A DNA stretch of 64,000 nt from Sphyrna mokarran (GCA_024679065.1 JAGIQG010000040.1:3286001-3350000); one strand, 5' to 3'; numbered from the stretch's first letter, positions 1 to 12,522 are shown. The notes: a model not told the origin generated them from the sequence alone. Translations and numbers: made by a program.

Positions 1-247
1 TAGACACAATCGCAAGAAAAGAACAGTAAAATACCAAGCAGGGTTAAAATAGATCTACTATTAGAGAAATAGAGAGTTAAACAATGACAGAGAGGTAATC
101 AGAGGGCAGATGTGAAACAGAGCGATGAATAGATATGGATTCAGATCCAAAGGAGTCAGACCAGCCAGAAACACAGAACAGAGCACAAATAACAGACACA
201 GACCAGTAAAAGCATTGGATTGTAGATGAATGCTCAATACTACTCAC

Positions 248-344
248 TTCTGGAATTATTTGAAATCCTCCTTCTGCAAGCTGGAAAGATATCAGAAGCA
301 CTGGAATCAAAAAAAAAATCACAGACTTCAAATCTTCCAATTCC
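248..344 (-). other. Probable non-coding 5' exon of a zinc-finger gene whose coding exon lies left of the window
   Basis: On the - strand: TTTTACAG acceptor and GTGAGTA donor (241-247). 1-380 is recognisably paralogous to 8890-9250, which contains the equivalent exon of the ZNF gene at 4717-5583. Confidence 0.5.
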
Positions 345-1019
345 CTGTAAAACGACATTACAAGAGTCATGTGTCAATTGTGGTTAGAAAATAAGAGACA
401 AACATTTTTCTTGGTTTGAGATTGCTCCCCTTTTAACCCCCTGTAAGAGGGTTCAGGATTATGTAAAATGGGATACGCTTGCAGACAAGTTTCACTAAGA
501 TGATTCCAAGCGTGAATTTTTTTTTTTAAATGAGGAAGCATTAGGCAGGGTGTATATATACCCATAAGATTTTAAGTAAATGTTGTAAGTGAAGCATATA
601 AGGTTCTGTGGGTGCTTGACAGGGTAACTGCCGAAAGGATGTTTCCTGTCAAAGGGGAACAGAAATGTGGAATTGCAGAGCCAGGTTAAAAGTTAGGGTT
701 GAATATAGAGATGAGGAGAAATCACTTTGCTCAGAGGTCCAGTAGCTTGTGAAATTCTTTCCTTCAGTGAGCAATGGAAGCTGGCTCATTGCACACATTG
801 GGTATAGATGGTAGCCAATCTTCTTGGAGTATATTGGAAATTCATTGGGTATGTTCAGGGCTGTGTGATACACCATTTTTTTTTTACCTACGAGGGAGCA
901 GTGGGCTGAGGAGATTGGGGCTGGGGGATAATTAAGTTAAGGCAAATGATTAGGGGAACCAGTGAATGGCAGAGCAGCCTCGATGGGCCGAACGGCCTGA
1001 CACATGCGCACTGATTCAC

Positions 1020-1680
1020 ATTCCCACCGACAGAATGGAGACAATCAGCCCAGGCCCAACACTACCCGTGGCGGCTCCGTTTGGTACAAACGGCGGGGAG
1101 GGAAACCGGGCAGTTCTTTTCTCGGATTTGCACAGCATGTTTCCGAAACCTCTCCACCCTCCCGCCACACTCGCCGCTCTTCACCTCCCATTGATCTCCG
1201 ACCCGACTCCAAAGCATCTGTCGCCATTATCGGCACTGCGCATGCCCGAGACCCCGCTCCTCCTTCGCTCTGGTTGGACGACCAGCCGCCGCAGCTCGGT
1301 CCTCCAGCCCCGCCCCTCGTTCACTCCGATTGGCTGGACGACCAGCCGCTGCAGCTCGGTCCTCCAGCCCCGCCCCTCGTTCACCCCGATTGGCTGGACG
1401 ACCAGCCGCTGCAGCTCGGTCCTCCAGCCCCGCCCCTCGTTCACTCCGATTGGCTGGACGACCAGCCGCTGCAGCTCGGTCCTCCAGCCCCGCCCCTCAT
1501 TCACTCCGACTGGTTGGAGGACCAGTCCCGCTTGGTCCTCCAGTCCCGCCCCCTTTTTTTCGTCCGGCGGAGCCCGCGTTGGGCATTGTGACTTTGGGCA
1601 CGCGCAGTGCGGCTCATCTCCAGCGACAGGCGCTTGTTTGTCTCGTCTTCGGGCGGATAAATGGAGGGGGCAGTGGAGGC
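1020..1680 (-). promoter_or_regulatory. CpG-rich promoter and first exon of the leftward ZNF gene
   Basis: CpG-dense. NRF1-like TGCGCATGC (~1237-1245), repeated ATTGG (NF-Y) and CCCCGCCCC (Sp1) boxes. Candidate donor GTGGGAA on the - strand at 1021-1027. Confidence 0.55.
1271..1553. repeat. 60-bp tandem repeat, ~4.7 copies, built from GC boxes and CCAAT boxes
   Basis: Lines 1261-1501 repeat almost exactly (GATTGGCTGGACGACCAGCCGCTGCAGCTCGGTCCTCCAGCCCCGCCCCTCGTTCACTCC). Confidence 0.95.
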
Positions 1681-1709
1681 ATCAACGACTCCAGTAAAAA
1701 AAAAACCAG

Positions 1710-1867
1710 CCCAAAAGATGTGCTGACTGGCTGCATTGGCTACGCTACATTCTCCCTCAGTGTACCCGAACAAGGGCTGGAGTGTGGTGACTAGAGGATT
1801 TTTACGGTAACTTCAACGCAGTGTTAATATAGACCTACTTGTGACGATAATAAATAAACTTAAACTT
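1710..1867 (+). mobile_element. SINE 3' fragment
   Basis: AAAGATGTGC...ATTGGC..GCTA core followed by the tail also seen inverted at 16420-16560 and 37478-37575. Confidence 0.6.
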
Positions 1868-2239
1868 GTCAGATTTTGAAGAAATTATTCTGAAAGCATA
1901 CTCAGTAGTTTATGTCCTCAGATTCTGGCCCCTGCTGTAATGAATACTCAGCATCCATTAGGGCCGAGTCATAGTGATTCACTGCCTCTCCTGTGAGATA
2001 TTTGCTGCTTGTTTCTGAAATATCTCTCCGCATTAGTGCTGAACTGCAAGGATAACTCTGATTATATTTAGACATGTTTCGAAAGGAAGAGAGCCCTGTC
2101 TTTTTAAGGGAACAACCCCACCCACCCCCCCAGCTACCCACAATGACGTTGAGAGTAGACTATGAGGGGATGTGGATCAGAGTTTGAAAGGAGATGTCAG
2201 GACAATCTGCTTAGTAATGAATCATTCACAAAATCTCTT

Positions 2240-2625
2240 CGGGCCCAGGCTGCACGCAGCAACGTCACAATGACTGATCCCACTCCAATTGGTTGGAGCA
2301 CCTGAGGTCCTCCGAGAGGTTTCAAGCCCACTGATTGGTTGGGCGGTCGGACTGGATTCCTCCGATTGGTGTAGGCGCCTGCCAATCGGCCGGTCGGTGC
2401 TCGGAGGGCGGGCCGAGTGCGGCCTGAGAGGAATCAGGACAAGATCAACGTGACACCCAACAGGCTGGAGCACGTGAGAGGCCAGCGCCATCGTTACTGA
2501 CAGGAGCGCCGGCCAATAGAAAATGGAGGTTAGGGCTGGGCGGTCCGGCTGACAGCCACACCTCCAACCAATCACAGCGCCTGAAAGGGGCGGGTGCAGC
2601 CTCCCTATTGTGACATCACGGACTG
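2240..2625. promoter_or_regulatory. Second CpG-rich promoter-like cluster (multiple CCAAT, GC boxes, CACGTG, CRE-like sites)
   Basis: At least 6 CCAAT/ATTGG, 4 GGGCGG, CACGTG (2471-2476), ACGTCA and TGACATCA in ~380 bp. Confidence 0.5.
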
Positions 2626-2869
2626 ACCCTCAACAACACAACCTACATTTATCCAGCGCCTCCACTGCAGACAGAACAACCAGCACAGGGTTCAGAGGCT
2701 GCAATATTAATAGAGAAAATGCTGTGGATGCTACGAATGTTAAATAAGAATCTAAATATCTGGCATTAAAATCCATTGGACAGAGAAGCAAATTTAAACT
2801 TTCAGGTCGATGCCCTTTCTATTCTCCAATTGAGCTACCTTCTGTTTGATATCATTGACCTTCCATTTA

Positions 2870-3405
2870 TAAGACCCTTGTCAGACCCCACTTGGAGTCC
2901 TGTGCGCAGTTCTGGTCGCCTCACTACAGGAAGGATGTGGAAGCTATTGAAAGGGTGCAGAGGAGATTTACAAGGATGTTCCCTGGATTGGGAGGCAGGC
3001 CTCATGAAGATAGGTTGAGGGAGCTGGGACTCTTCTCACTGGAGAGACGTAGGTTGAGAGGCGACCTGATAGAGGTTTATAAGATGTTGAGAGGAATAGA
3101 TAGGGTGGACTCTCAGAGACTATTTCCCTGAGCTGAAATGGTCGCTACGAGAGGACACAGATTTAAGGTGCAGGGAAGCAAGTACAGAGATGTTAGGGTT
3201 AAGATTTTCACTCAGAGGGCGGTGAGTGAATGGAATCGGCTGCCGTCGGTGGTGGTAGAGGTGAACTCGCTGGGGTCTTTTAAAAGACTTCTGGATGAGC
3301 ATATGGGATCTAATGGGATTGGGGGTTATAGATAGGTAGGTATAGATGTGATCAGCGCAACTTGTGGGCCGAAGGGCCTGTTTATGCTGTAGTGTTCTAT
3401 GTTCT
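2870..3405 (+). mobile_element. CR1 LINE, 5'-truncated 3' end
   Basis: ORF2 C-terminus ([12 protein letters not shown]...[15 protein letters not shown]...) with one premature stop. TTCTATG tail. Near-identical to the copy at 36381-37339. Confidence 0.9.
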
Positions 3406-3409
3406 AAGA

Positions 3410-4540
3410 TGAACCCTCCGTTGCCTCCTTTGTAACATTGTCCAACTCCATCTCTCTCAGTTTATCTGCTGCTGAATCCCTCATTCACACCTTTCTTTCC
3501 TCCAAACCTAACTATTCCCAACACATTCCTGGCTGATTTCCTTATCTGTAAACTTCAGGTCACCCAAAATTATGTCATTTGATATCGTAACTTGCAGACA
3601 GTTCCTCCATCTCCACAACCCTCTCGTTTAATTCTGGCTCGTTGTGCAACCCCACTGTAATCACTGTGGTCCTGCCTTCAGTTGCCCAGAGCCCCAAGCT
3701 CTGAAATAGAGCCGACACCACTTAACGCTGTTTGTGAACAGTGAAGTTCAGTCTCAGTAGTTCTCAGGGAGAGGGATTTACTGGGTAGTTAGGGGACAGA
3801 ATTTGTATCGCTGGTTTGGAGAATTGGTGCAGGCATGATGGGCTACATTATCTCCTTCTGCATCACAACAATTGTGTGACTGAAGACAACGGATTTGGTC
3901 CTCCCAATATTTAGTTGGAGCAAATTTCTGCTCATCCAGTACAGAATAAACAGTTTGATAATTTAGTAACAGTGGAGAAATTGAGAGGAATAGGAATGAG
4001 ATAGAGTTGTCAATGTGTGCATGAAAACTCTGAATAACATCACCCAGTGTGGCAGCATGTAGGAGGAGGAGCCAAGAATAAGTCACTGGGGGACACCAAG
4101 TTCAAGGACTTTGGAAAGGAAAAGGTTGTTGGAGATGGGACAATAGTTAGTGAGGAGCTCAGGATCTAGTTGTTTGTTTCAGATGGGAGTGATGATTGTG
4201 CTTTTAAAGATGTGAAAAACAAAATGAGAAATGAGAAAGAACTTTAACAATATCAGCTAATGTGGGGGTCAGCAGTTTAGTGGGAATAGGAGCAAGGGAC
4301 TAGGAGGTGAGGGCCTCATGGAGAAGATAAGCTCAGTCGGGGATTGATGGAAGTTAGGACAGAGACTGGAGGAAGGTGAGAGTTCAGGTCTCAGCCAAGG
4401 AGAAACATTAGAGATAGTTTGGCCTGGGTGGTTTGCAGCATGGAAGGAAACAGAGGCAGCTGATCAGATTGTCTCAATCTGACAAAGAAGCTCCATGAGC
4501 TCCTCGCACTTCTTGGAGGTGAGGATGGAGAAGTGGGAAC
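3410..4540. mobile_element. Degenerate L2-type LINE fragments (+ strand ~3410-3710, - strand ~3860-4540)
   Basis: Relics resembling LIHAF.TSRLDY (+ strand) and GVPQGS.LGP...LGD.I (- strand) L2 reverse-transcriptase motifs. Confidence 0.5.
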
Positions 4541-4716
4541 AAAAGGAATGGATTTGCATTAGGGATATTAAAAAAAAACCCAATATACTGGCTATTTAAC
4601 ATAAAGCTTGTTTATTTGACTTTTATACAGAAAATTAACACCTATTACTGGGGTCCATTAACATCAATGAACATTGTTTAGTCCTGAATGTGATTAAGAA
4701 AATCCAACTCTCTCAG

Positions 4717-5583
4717 TCACTGGTGAACTTTCTGGTGTCTCAGTAAGATGGATGACTGAGAGAACATCTTCCCGCACACAGAACAGGCGAATGGCTTCTC
4801 CCCAGTGTGAATGCGTTGGTGTGTCAGCAGGTTGGATGACTGAGTGAATCCCTTGCCACACGCAGAGCAGGTGAAGGGCCTCTCCCCGGTGTGAATGCGC
4901 TGGTGCGTCAGCAGGTTGGACAACTGAGTGAACCCCTTCCCACACTGAGAGCAGCTGAATGGTTTCTCCCCAGTGTGAACTCGCTGATGTAAAGTGAGAT
5001 GGGATGATCGCCTGAACCCAGTCCCGCAGTGGGAGCATCTAAACGGTCGCTCGTCGATGTGAACATGTTGCTGGTGTATCTGTTCCCTTGTACTTTTGTA
5101 ATACTTCTCACAGTCTGGGGATTTGAAAGGTCTCTTATTAGTGTGAACTTGCTGGTGTCTCTGCAGGTTGGACGAGCGAGTGAATCCTCTTCCACACTCG
5201 GAACAGGTGAAAGGCCTCTCCCCCGAGTGAACTAGCTTGTGTGCCTTGAATTGTGATGACTGAATGAATCCTTTCCCACATTCTGAGCAGGTGTACGGTC
5301 GCTCCCCAGTGTGAACTCGCTGGTGCACCGTGAGCTCAGATGACCGTCTGAACCCCATCCCACAGTGAGAGCACCTGAACGGTCTCTCGTTGCGGTGAAC
5401 ATGTTGATGGGATTTCAGGTCCCCAGGACCTTTGAAGCATTTCCCGCAGTCTGGGCATTTAAAAGGTCTCTCCTCACTGTGAACTTGCTGGTGTCTCAGC
5501 AGTTTGGATAAGTGAGTGAATCCTTTCCCGCACTCGAAGCAGCTGAATGGCCTCTCTCCAGCGTGAGCTAGCTTGTGTTCCAT
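4717..5583 (-). CDS. C2H2 (Kruppel-type) zinc-finger protein, 288 aa, 10 fingers (one degenerate), no effector domain seen
   Basis: Repeated CxxC-x12-HxxxH with TGERPF/TGEKPF linkers. AATAAA on the - strand at 4611-4616. Exon acceptor TTTCACAG at 6222-6223. Confidence 0.85.
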   Translation of the reverse strand: MEHKLAHAGERPFSCFECGKGFTHLSKLLRHQQVHSEERPFKCPDCGKCFKGPGDLKSHQHVHRNERPFRCSHCGMGFRRSSELTVHQRVHTGERPYTCSECGKGFIQSSQFKAHKLVHSGERPFTCSECGRGFTRSSNLQRHQQVHTNKRPFKSPDCEKYYKSTREQIHQQHVHIDERPFRCSHCGTGFRRSSHLTLHQRVHTGEKPFSCSQCGKGFTQLSNLLTHQRIHTGERPFTCSACGKGFTQSSNLLTHQRIHTGEKPFACSVCGKMFSQSSILLRHQKVHQ

Positions 5584-6100
5584 GGGGTGGGATGTCTGAG
5601 TGAATCTCTGGACAAATGAACAACTTCTCCCTGGTGTGAACTTGCTGGCGTACAGTGAGGTGAGGTGATTGCAGAACCCAGTCCCGCAGTGAGAGCACTG
5701 GAACAGTCTACCGTCAGTACGAACACGTTGATGGATATCACTTCCCTGAGACTTTTATAGTTTTTCTCATAGACTGGACAATTAAAAAAAAATCACTTCC
5801 AAGAATGAACCTCTTTGTGCGCCATAAGGTGAATGAATTCTTTGCAGCTCTGGAGAATCTGAACAATCTCTCCGCAATGTGAATATGTCAGTGAGCCAAC
5901 AAGTTGGATGATGGGGTGAATACCATCCAACTCACAGAGCAGGTGAATGGCTGCTCCCCGGTGTGGCTGCGCAGTTCCGATGGATAACCGAATCCTGTCT
6001 CACAGTTCTCCTCAATATATTCACATTTGTCGCTCCTGAGGCCAGATGATCAGCCGAAGCCTCACACCGACACAGAGAACGGTTTCACCCACTGCGAACA
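5584..6100 (-). pseudogene. Decayed upstream zinc fingers in the same exon
   Basis: Finger relics (HTGEQPFTCSV, FQCSHCGTG, HLTVRQQVHTREKLFIC) broken by stops, deletions and frameshifts. Confidence 0.75.
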
Positions 6101-8404
6101 ATACTTTGTCGTTCAACGTTTAAAAGCTGAGTGATAACCGGGTTCCATGAATAGGGTAATTCCATCAGATCCTGATGTGATATTTGGTCTAAAATTTTTG
6201 ACTGCAAGTTCTCTTCTAACTCTGTGAAATTGATTTAAAACAGAGAGAAAAAAAAAGGTGTGAGAGAGAACGCACAAAAAGCAGGTTGTGAAATTGAGCT
6301 GAATGAATTTGGTAACTTGTGGGGCCAGCACCAAGAAAAAAATGACCATGAAAACTGCTGGATTGTCATAAAAATCCACCTGGTTCACTAATGTCCATGA
6401 TGTGGGAATGCCGGTGTTGGAACTCCAAAACATGTCCTGGAGGGAAGAGAACCTAACACCCAGTCTGGGTCTGCAGAAGATACTGCCCTCTAAAAGGAGA
6501 GAGAAAGAAGCAGGTGCAAAAGGTTGTGACTTTACGTTCTTTATCACAACCAGAACTTTGACAGAGTATCCCAAATCCTCAACCTACACCATCTGGAAGC
6601 ACTAGAGTAGCAAATGTACATGAACATGATTGCCTCAACTGTAAGTTACTCGCCGAGTCACATACCAACCTGACTTATCTGACACCCTGAACTGGATGCA
6701 CAGAAATTTCACCCACTCAAATATCGGGAATGTGAGCTGAAAGTAAACTTCACGCTCCAGCCACTTACTCCATTTCTCTCCCAAGAAACGCTCTCAAACT
6801 GAACCAGACTGTTGACAACCTAAATGGCACGTTTCACCCCAACCAGAGCTTCTGACCACATAACCACGCCATCACCAAGACTAGACGTTTCCACCTCGGG
6901 AACACTGCCTAATTCCAGAGCTCATCTGCTCCTGAAACTCTCTCCATTCCATTGTTAGCTCCAGACTTCATAATCCCAATGCACGCCAAACCAATCCTCC
7001 ACATCCATGCCCCCCCACCATATTCTCCAGGTGACGATGCACCCTGCTGCCCATGTCCTTACTCACGTCATATCTTGTTCATACGTCAACCCTTGTGCTC
7101 TCTTGAAGAAGGTCAAACCTCCACCTTCTCCACAGGTAACTGCTGCTGATCTTGCTGGTGACCCCCAAATCCCAAGAATAAATTTTATAAATATCTATGT
7201 AAGATAGATTAAAGAAAAATCCATAAAAATGTTGCTCTTAAAACAACAACCTTTGATATTGCGTGGTCTCACTATCCATTTAACAATCTGATCTCCCTAG
7301 AATCTACCTCTTGGCCAATTTGACACTGGAATCTTCTGGGCCCAAATGCAGCAGTTTCCCCTTCTTCTCCAGCTCCAACTGATACAAAAACCAAAGAGAA
7401 TTTAACATGCTGCTGAAGAGAGAAAAAAAGAGACACAGGAGTGTGAGGAAAGAGTAGAGGTGTTGGACTCATTGACTCTTTCACCAGAGAGCCAGAATGG
7501 GCTTAAATGGCCTTAGGTTCTTTAACCATTTTAACACAGCATTGTTTAACACACATCATTTGTCCTACAGAACCACTTCAACTTGACCGTTTGTTTCTGA
7601 CTTAATACTGTTCGCAGTTACTGCTGAGCGAAGAAAAATGCACTACCAGCAAGTACAAACAGCCAGAAACAATGTCTGCCGCTGCTCTTGTTTATATTAC
7701 TGCTACGCAAACCACTTCTTTAGCTTTGTCTCTCAGTTTTCAGTGCTGCAGGCATCAACAACAGCACTGAAAGAGAAATGCATCAACTCATTTTCCTGTG
7801 GTTCACTGTATAATTACATAGCAAAAAGAGTTACTTTACGAACATGGAACAGTTTTACACATTTAAATAGAAGAGTGTACACAGCTTAAGACTGCTCTAT
7901 TTCCCTCCCCATTCCCTTTTTAGTTTCTGAGGCTCTTTATTTGAGATCTAGAATCCGCCACAAAGTTTGTAAACCTGAACATGACTTCGGATGTCATGGG
8001 TTCAGTAAAGAGTGCAGACATGGGGAGAATGTGCAGATTCTGCATGGACGGTGAGCCGAGTTGAGAGTCGGGCCCGGGTCCCTGGCGCTGAGGGGCATCG
8101 GTGCTAACCACTATGCCAATGGGCCATCCACTGTCTTCCCTGAATGGTAGTATTGCTATCTGTTCAGCAATGTGGAAAAGAATGTGCACTGGAGTTAGTG
8201 TGCAACCTCTCCACCCAACACTCACCTCGACACAAATCAGTTCTTCGTTAGACCACCATTGTTCCCAGATTTGTGCTGTGAGCAATGCCTCAAATAAAAA
8301 AAAGCAGTTGCTGGAAATTGGAAATAAAAAGGAGCAAGTGCTGGAAATACTCAATAGGTCGGGCAGTAAATGTGAAAGCAGGAAGAGAGTTAACATTTCA
8401 AGGT

Positions 8405-8730
8405 GTGCTTCACAGAGCCAGGGATCCGGATGTGATTCCATCTTTGGGTGACAGTCTGTGTGGTGTTTGCACGTTCTCCCCACCTCTGTGTGGGCTTCCT
8501 CCGGGTGTTCCCGTTTCCTCCCAGAGTCTACAGATTGGCAGGTTAGATGGATTGATAATGCTCAATATCCTCTTAGTGTCCAAAGATGTGTAGGTTCGGT
8601 GGATTAACTGTGGTGACTATGCAGTGTTACGGGGACAGGGTGGAGAGAGGTGTCTGCATAGGAAAGTCTGCCTTTTCGGAGAGATGGTACAGACTTGATG
8701 GGATGGGTGGCCTATTCCTGTATTCTAATT
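8405..8730 (+). mobile_element. tRNA-derived shark SINE (HE1-like)
   Basis: Core GTTTGCACGTTCTCCCC...CCTCCGGGTG.TCC.GTTTCCTCCCA and a CR1-like tail. Confidence 0.75.
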
Positions 8731-9111
8731 ACGAGAAATAAAAATAGGGTAGATATTGATGATTCATATAAGCCCAGAAGTGGAAAAGAAACAGACTTTA
8801 GCACAAGAAAAATAATTCCTGGCCATGGGAGGATGAAGCTGATAAATCAACAGTGAATAACCAGGGGGATAGGCAGTAATGGAAACCTCATTTAGACACA
8901 AATGGCAGGACTAACAATAAAATACTAAACATGGTTGAAATAGAGCCATTATCAGAGACAATGACAGAGTGATGATTAGAGATGGCAGAGATGAAACAGG
9001 GCAATGGGTCGACATGGAATAGGTTCTACTGTAAATGAGTCACACCAGCCCATAGACATGGAAACAGCAGTAAAAACTGTAAATTGTGCATGAATACTCA
9101 ATAATACTCAC

Positions 9112-9210
9112 CTATTGAATAGATCTTCAAATTTAAAATCTCCTGCTGAAGATGGAAATAAATCAATGGATTGGAAGCAGAGAAAATTGTTTATCAAATC
9201 TTATAACTCC
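9112..9210 (-). other. Probable non-coding exon 2 of the ZNF gene
   Basis: TTTTTTAG acceptor (9211-9212) and GTGAGTA donor (9105-9111). Paralogous to exon 248-344. Confidence 0.5.
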
Positions 9211-9254
9211 CTAAAAAAGGAGATTACAAAAGTCATAAGTGTCAATTGACTTAG

Positions 9255-12010
9255 GGGCCATGGTGGCGCAATGGTTAGCACTGCTGTCTCACAGCACTAG
9301 GGACCCAGGTTCAATTCTGGCCTCGGGTGACTGTGCACAATTTGCACATCCTTCCTGTGTCTACGAGCGTTTCATCCCCTAGTAGGGTAATTGTGATGGG
9401 GGACTTTAACTTTGCTAATATTGATTGGAATAGCTATAGCTCTAGCTCGTTAGAGGGGTCAGTTTTCGTACAGAGTGTGCAGGAAGGTTTTTTGACTCAG
9501 TATGTAGATAGGCCAACTAGAGGTGAGGCTACATTGGATTTGGTGCTGGGCAATGAGCCAGACCAGGTGTTAGGCTTGGAAGTTAGTGAACATTTTGGTG
9601 ATAGTGACCACAATTCGGTTACGTTCACCTTAGTGATGGACAGGGATAGGCATGAAGCTGGGGGCTGTAGTTATAGCTGGGGGAAGGGTAATTATGAGGC
9701 CATCAGGAGAGAATTAGGGTGCATAGATTGGACTAGGGAACTACAGGGACTGGGAACATCTGGAATGTGGTGCTTATTCAAGGAGCAGCTGCTGCGAGTC
9801 CTTGATAAGTATGTCCCTGTCAGGCAGGGAGGAAATGGACGAGTAAGAGAGCCTTGGTGTACGAAAAGAGTTGATTTGCTGGTTAAGAAGAAAAAGGAGG
9901 CTTATGTCAGGATGAGGCTTGAAGGCTCAGGTAGTGCAATGGATAGCTATAGATTAGCTAGGAAGGAGGTAAAAAGTGAATTGAGGAGAGCTAAGAGGGG
10001 ACACGAGAAGATGTTGGCTGATAGGATTAAGGAGAATCCTAAAGCTTTCTTTCGATATGTTAAGAATAGAAGATTGGTTAGGGCAAGATTAGGGCCAGTC
10101 ATAGACAGCAGTGGGAAGTTGTGCGTGGAGCCTGAAGAGATTGGTGAGGCACTGAATAAATATTTCTCTTCGGTATTCACGCAGAGTGCTGGAAATGTAG
10201 CTGTGGAGAGCACTGAGGTACAGGGTTGCAAATTGGGGAGTATTGTAGTAGATAGGGAGGATGTGTTAGAAATTCTCGAGGGTTTGAAGTTGGATAAGTC
10301 CCCTGGGCCGGACGGGATTTACCCTAGGATTCTCTGGGAGGCAAGAGAGGAGATTGCAGAGCCTCTGGCTCTGATCTTCAGGTCCTCGTTGGTTACGGGT
10401 GTGGTTCCGGAGGACTGGAGGATGGCGAATGTGGTCCCATTGTTTAAGAAGGGGAAGAGAGACCTTCCTGGGAATTATAGGCCAGTGAGTCTTACTTCTG
10501 TGTGGGCAAGGTATTGGAGAGAATTATTAGGGATAGGATTTATAGTTATTTAGAGAGAAATGAATTGATTGGGGATAGTCAGCATGGTTTCGTGAAGGGT
10601 AGGTCATGCCTTACTAACCTCATTGAGTTTTTTGAGAAAGTGACCAGAGAGGTGGATGGGGGTAAGGCGGTTGATGTAGTATATATGGACTTTAGTAAGG
10701 CTTTTGATAAGGTGGCCCATGGAAGACTTCTACAGAAAATGCAGATGTGTGGAATAGAGGGTGATTTAGCTAATTGGATTAGGAATTGGCTGGCAGATAG
10801 AAGACAGAGGGTGGTGGTTGATGGGAGATATTCATCGTGGAGTTCGGTGACGAGTGGTGTGCCTCAGGGGTCTGTTTTGGGGCCCCTGCTGTTTGTAATT
10901 TTTATAAATGATCTGGATGAGGGTATTGAGGGATGGATCAGTAAATTTGCAGATGATACTAAAGTTGGTGGTGTGGTAGATAGTGAAGAGGGGTGTTTTA
11001 GTTTACAGAGTGACTTGGACAAGTTGCAGAGCTGGGCCGAGAGGTGGCAAATGGAGTTTAATGTGGAAAAGTGTGAGGTAATGCACTTTGGCAGGAACAA
11101 TAAATGTGTAGAGTATAGGGCTAATGGTAGGGCTCTTAATAGTGTTGAGGAACAGAAGGATCTTGGTGTATGTGTCAATAGATCCCTGAAAGTAGGCAGT
11201 CAAGTGGATAAAGTTGTTAAGAAGGCATATGGAGTCTTAGCTTTTATTGGTAGGGGGATTGAATTTAGGAGCCGCAGCATCATGTTGCAACTGTACAAAA
11301 CTCTAGTGCGGCCGCACTTGGAGTATTGTGTGCAGTTCTGGTCCCACATTATAAGAAAGATGTGGAGGCATTGGAGAGGGTACAGAGGAGGTTTACCAGG
11401 ATGTTGCCTGGTATGGAGGGCAGGTCCTATGAAGAGAGGTTGAAGGATTTGAGGTTGTTTTCGTTAGAAAGGAGGCGGCTAAGGGGGGATCTTATTGAAG
11501 CATATAAGATGATTAGAGGTTTGGATAGGGTGGACAGTGATAGCCTTTTTCCTAGGATGGAGAAAGCTAGCACGAGGGGACACAACTTTAAATTAAGGGG
11601 TATGAGTTATAGGACGGATATCAGAGGTAGGTTCTTTACTCAAAGAGTGATTAGGGAGTGGAATGCCCTGCCTGCAGCTGTTGTAGATGCGCCAAGTTTG
11701 GTGGCGTTTAAGAGGTTAGTTGATAAGTATATGGATGAGAAGGGAATGGTTTAGTTAGGAGGGGCATTGCTTTTTATTTTGGTCGGCACAACATCGAAGG
11801 CCGAAGGGCCTGTTCTGTGCTGTATTGTTCTATGTTCTATGTTCTAGTGCAAAGATGTGTGGGTTAGGCGGATTGGCCATGCTAAATTTCCCCTTGGTGT
11901 CAGAGGGACTGGGAGAGTGAATATGTCGAGTTACGGGATGGGTGGGATTGTCGTGGACGCAGACTCAATGGGCTGAGTAGCCTCTTTCTGCACTGTAGAG
12001 ATTCAATGAC
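9255..12010 (+). mobile_element. SINE split by a CR1 insertion (head 9255-9378, tail 11847-12010)
   Basis: The tRNA-like head (GGTGGCGCAATGGTTAGCACTG...GGTTCAATTC) stops at the CR1 junction and the SINE resumes with CAAAGATGTGTGGGTTAGG. Confidence 0.8.
9379..11846 (+). mobile_element. Young 2.5-kb CR1 LINE (APE C-terminus + reverse transcriptase), 5'-truncated, two -1 frameshifts
   Basis: GDFN and SDHN endonuclease motifs, [34 protein letters not shown], (TTCTATG)n tail. CTAGT at both junctions. Confidence 0.95.
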
Positions 12011-12049
12011 TGTACAACTTTAGAAGATCCATTCTCTTGGATTACAAAG

Positions 12050-12522
12050 AAGACGAAGAACAAAAAAAAACCCCAAAAAAAACAGCACGGGAAACAGGCC
12101 CTTCGGCCCAACGAGCCCGCGCCGCCACCCCCATGTTCCCATCTCTACCCGCGATCCCTGTCCATGTTTATAGATCTATGGATTAAAAACCAAATTTGAG
12201 ACAATTTAGGGAGAATTTGTTTTGCCAATTAGCCTAAGAGCACATCTTTGGGATGTGGGAGGAAACCGGAGCTCCCGGAGAAAACCCACGCAAGCACGGG
12301 GAGAATGCGCAAACTCCCACAGACACAGGCCCAAATCCATGTATCTGCACAGCACAGCGATAGTCACTGAGCTGTCGTGTTGCCCATCAGATGGTCCAGG
12401 TCAAGCGTACACTAACAACGTGAAGCACTAGGATACTCTCGAAAAAGGTCCAAGAGCAGCCCTCTCACGACCCATCATGTGTATGCCCCTCGTTAGACAA
12501 CAAGGTGGACCAAAGCACCTGT
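12050..12522 (-). mobile_element. Variant SINE body with 5' extension (copy A of a CR1-3'UTR/SINE chimera)
   Basis: About 420 bp closely similar to 15235-15657. Confidence 0.75.

Noticed and set aside
1271-1553. CRISPR-like periodicity
   Set aside because: Head-to-tail repeat without unique spacers, in a vertebrate context with no cas genes.
966-1794. Overlapping 150-243 aa ORFs with repeated peptides
   Set aside because: Produced by the stop-poor 60-bp GC-rich promoter repeat. No domain signature.
7307-7410. Possible extra ZNF 5' exon (- strand; CAGCAG acceptor, GTAGAT donor)
   Set aside because: Weak donor and no paralogous support within the window. Needs RNA-seq.
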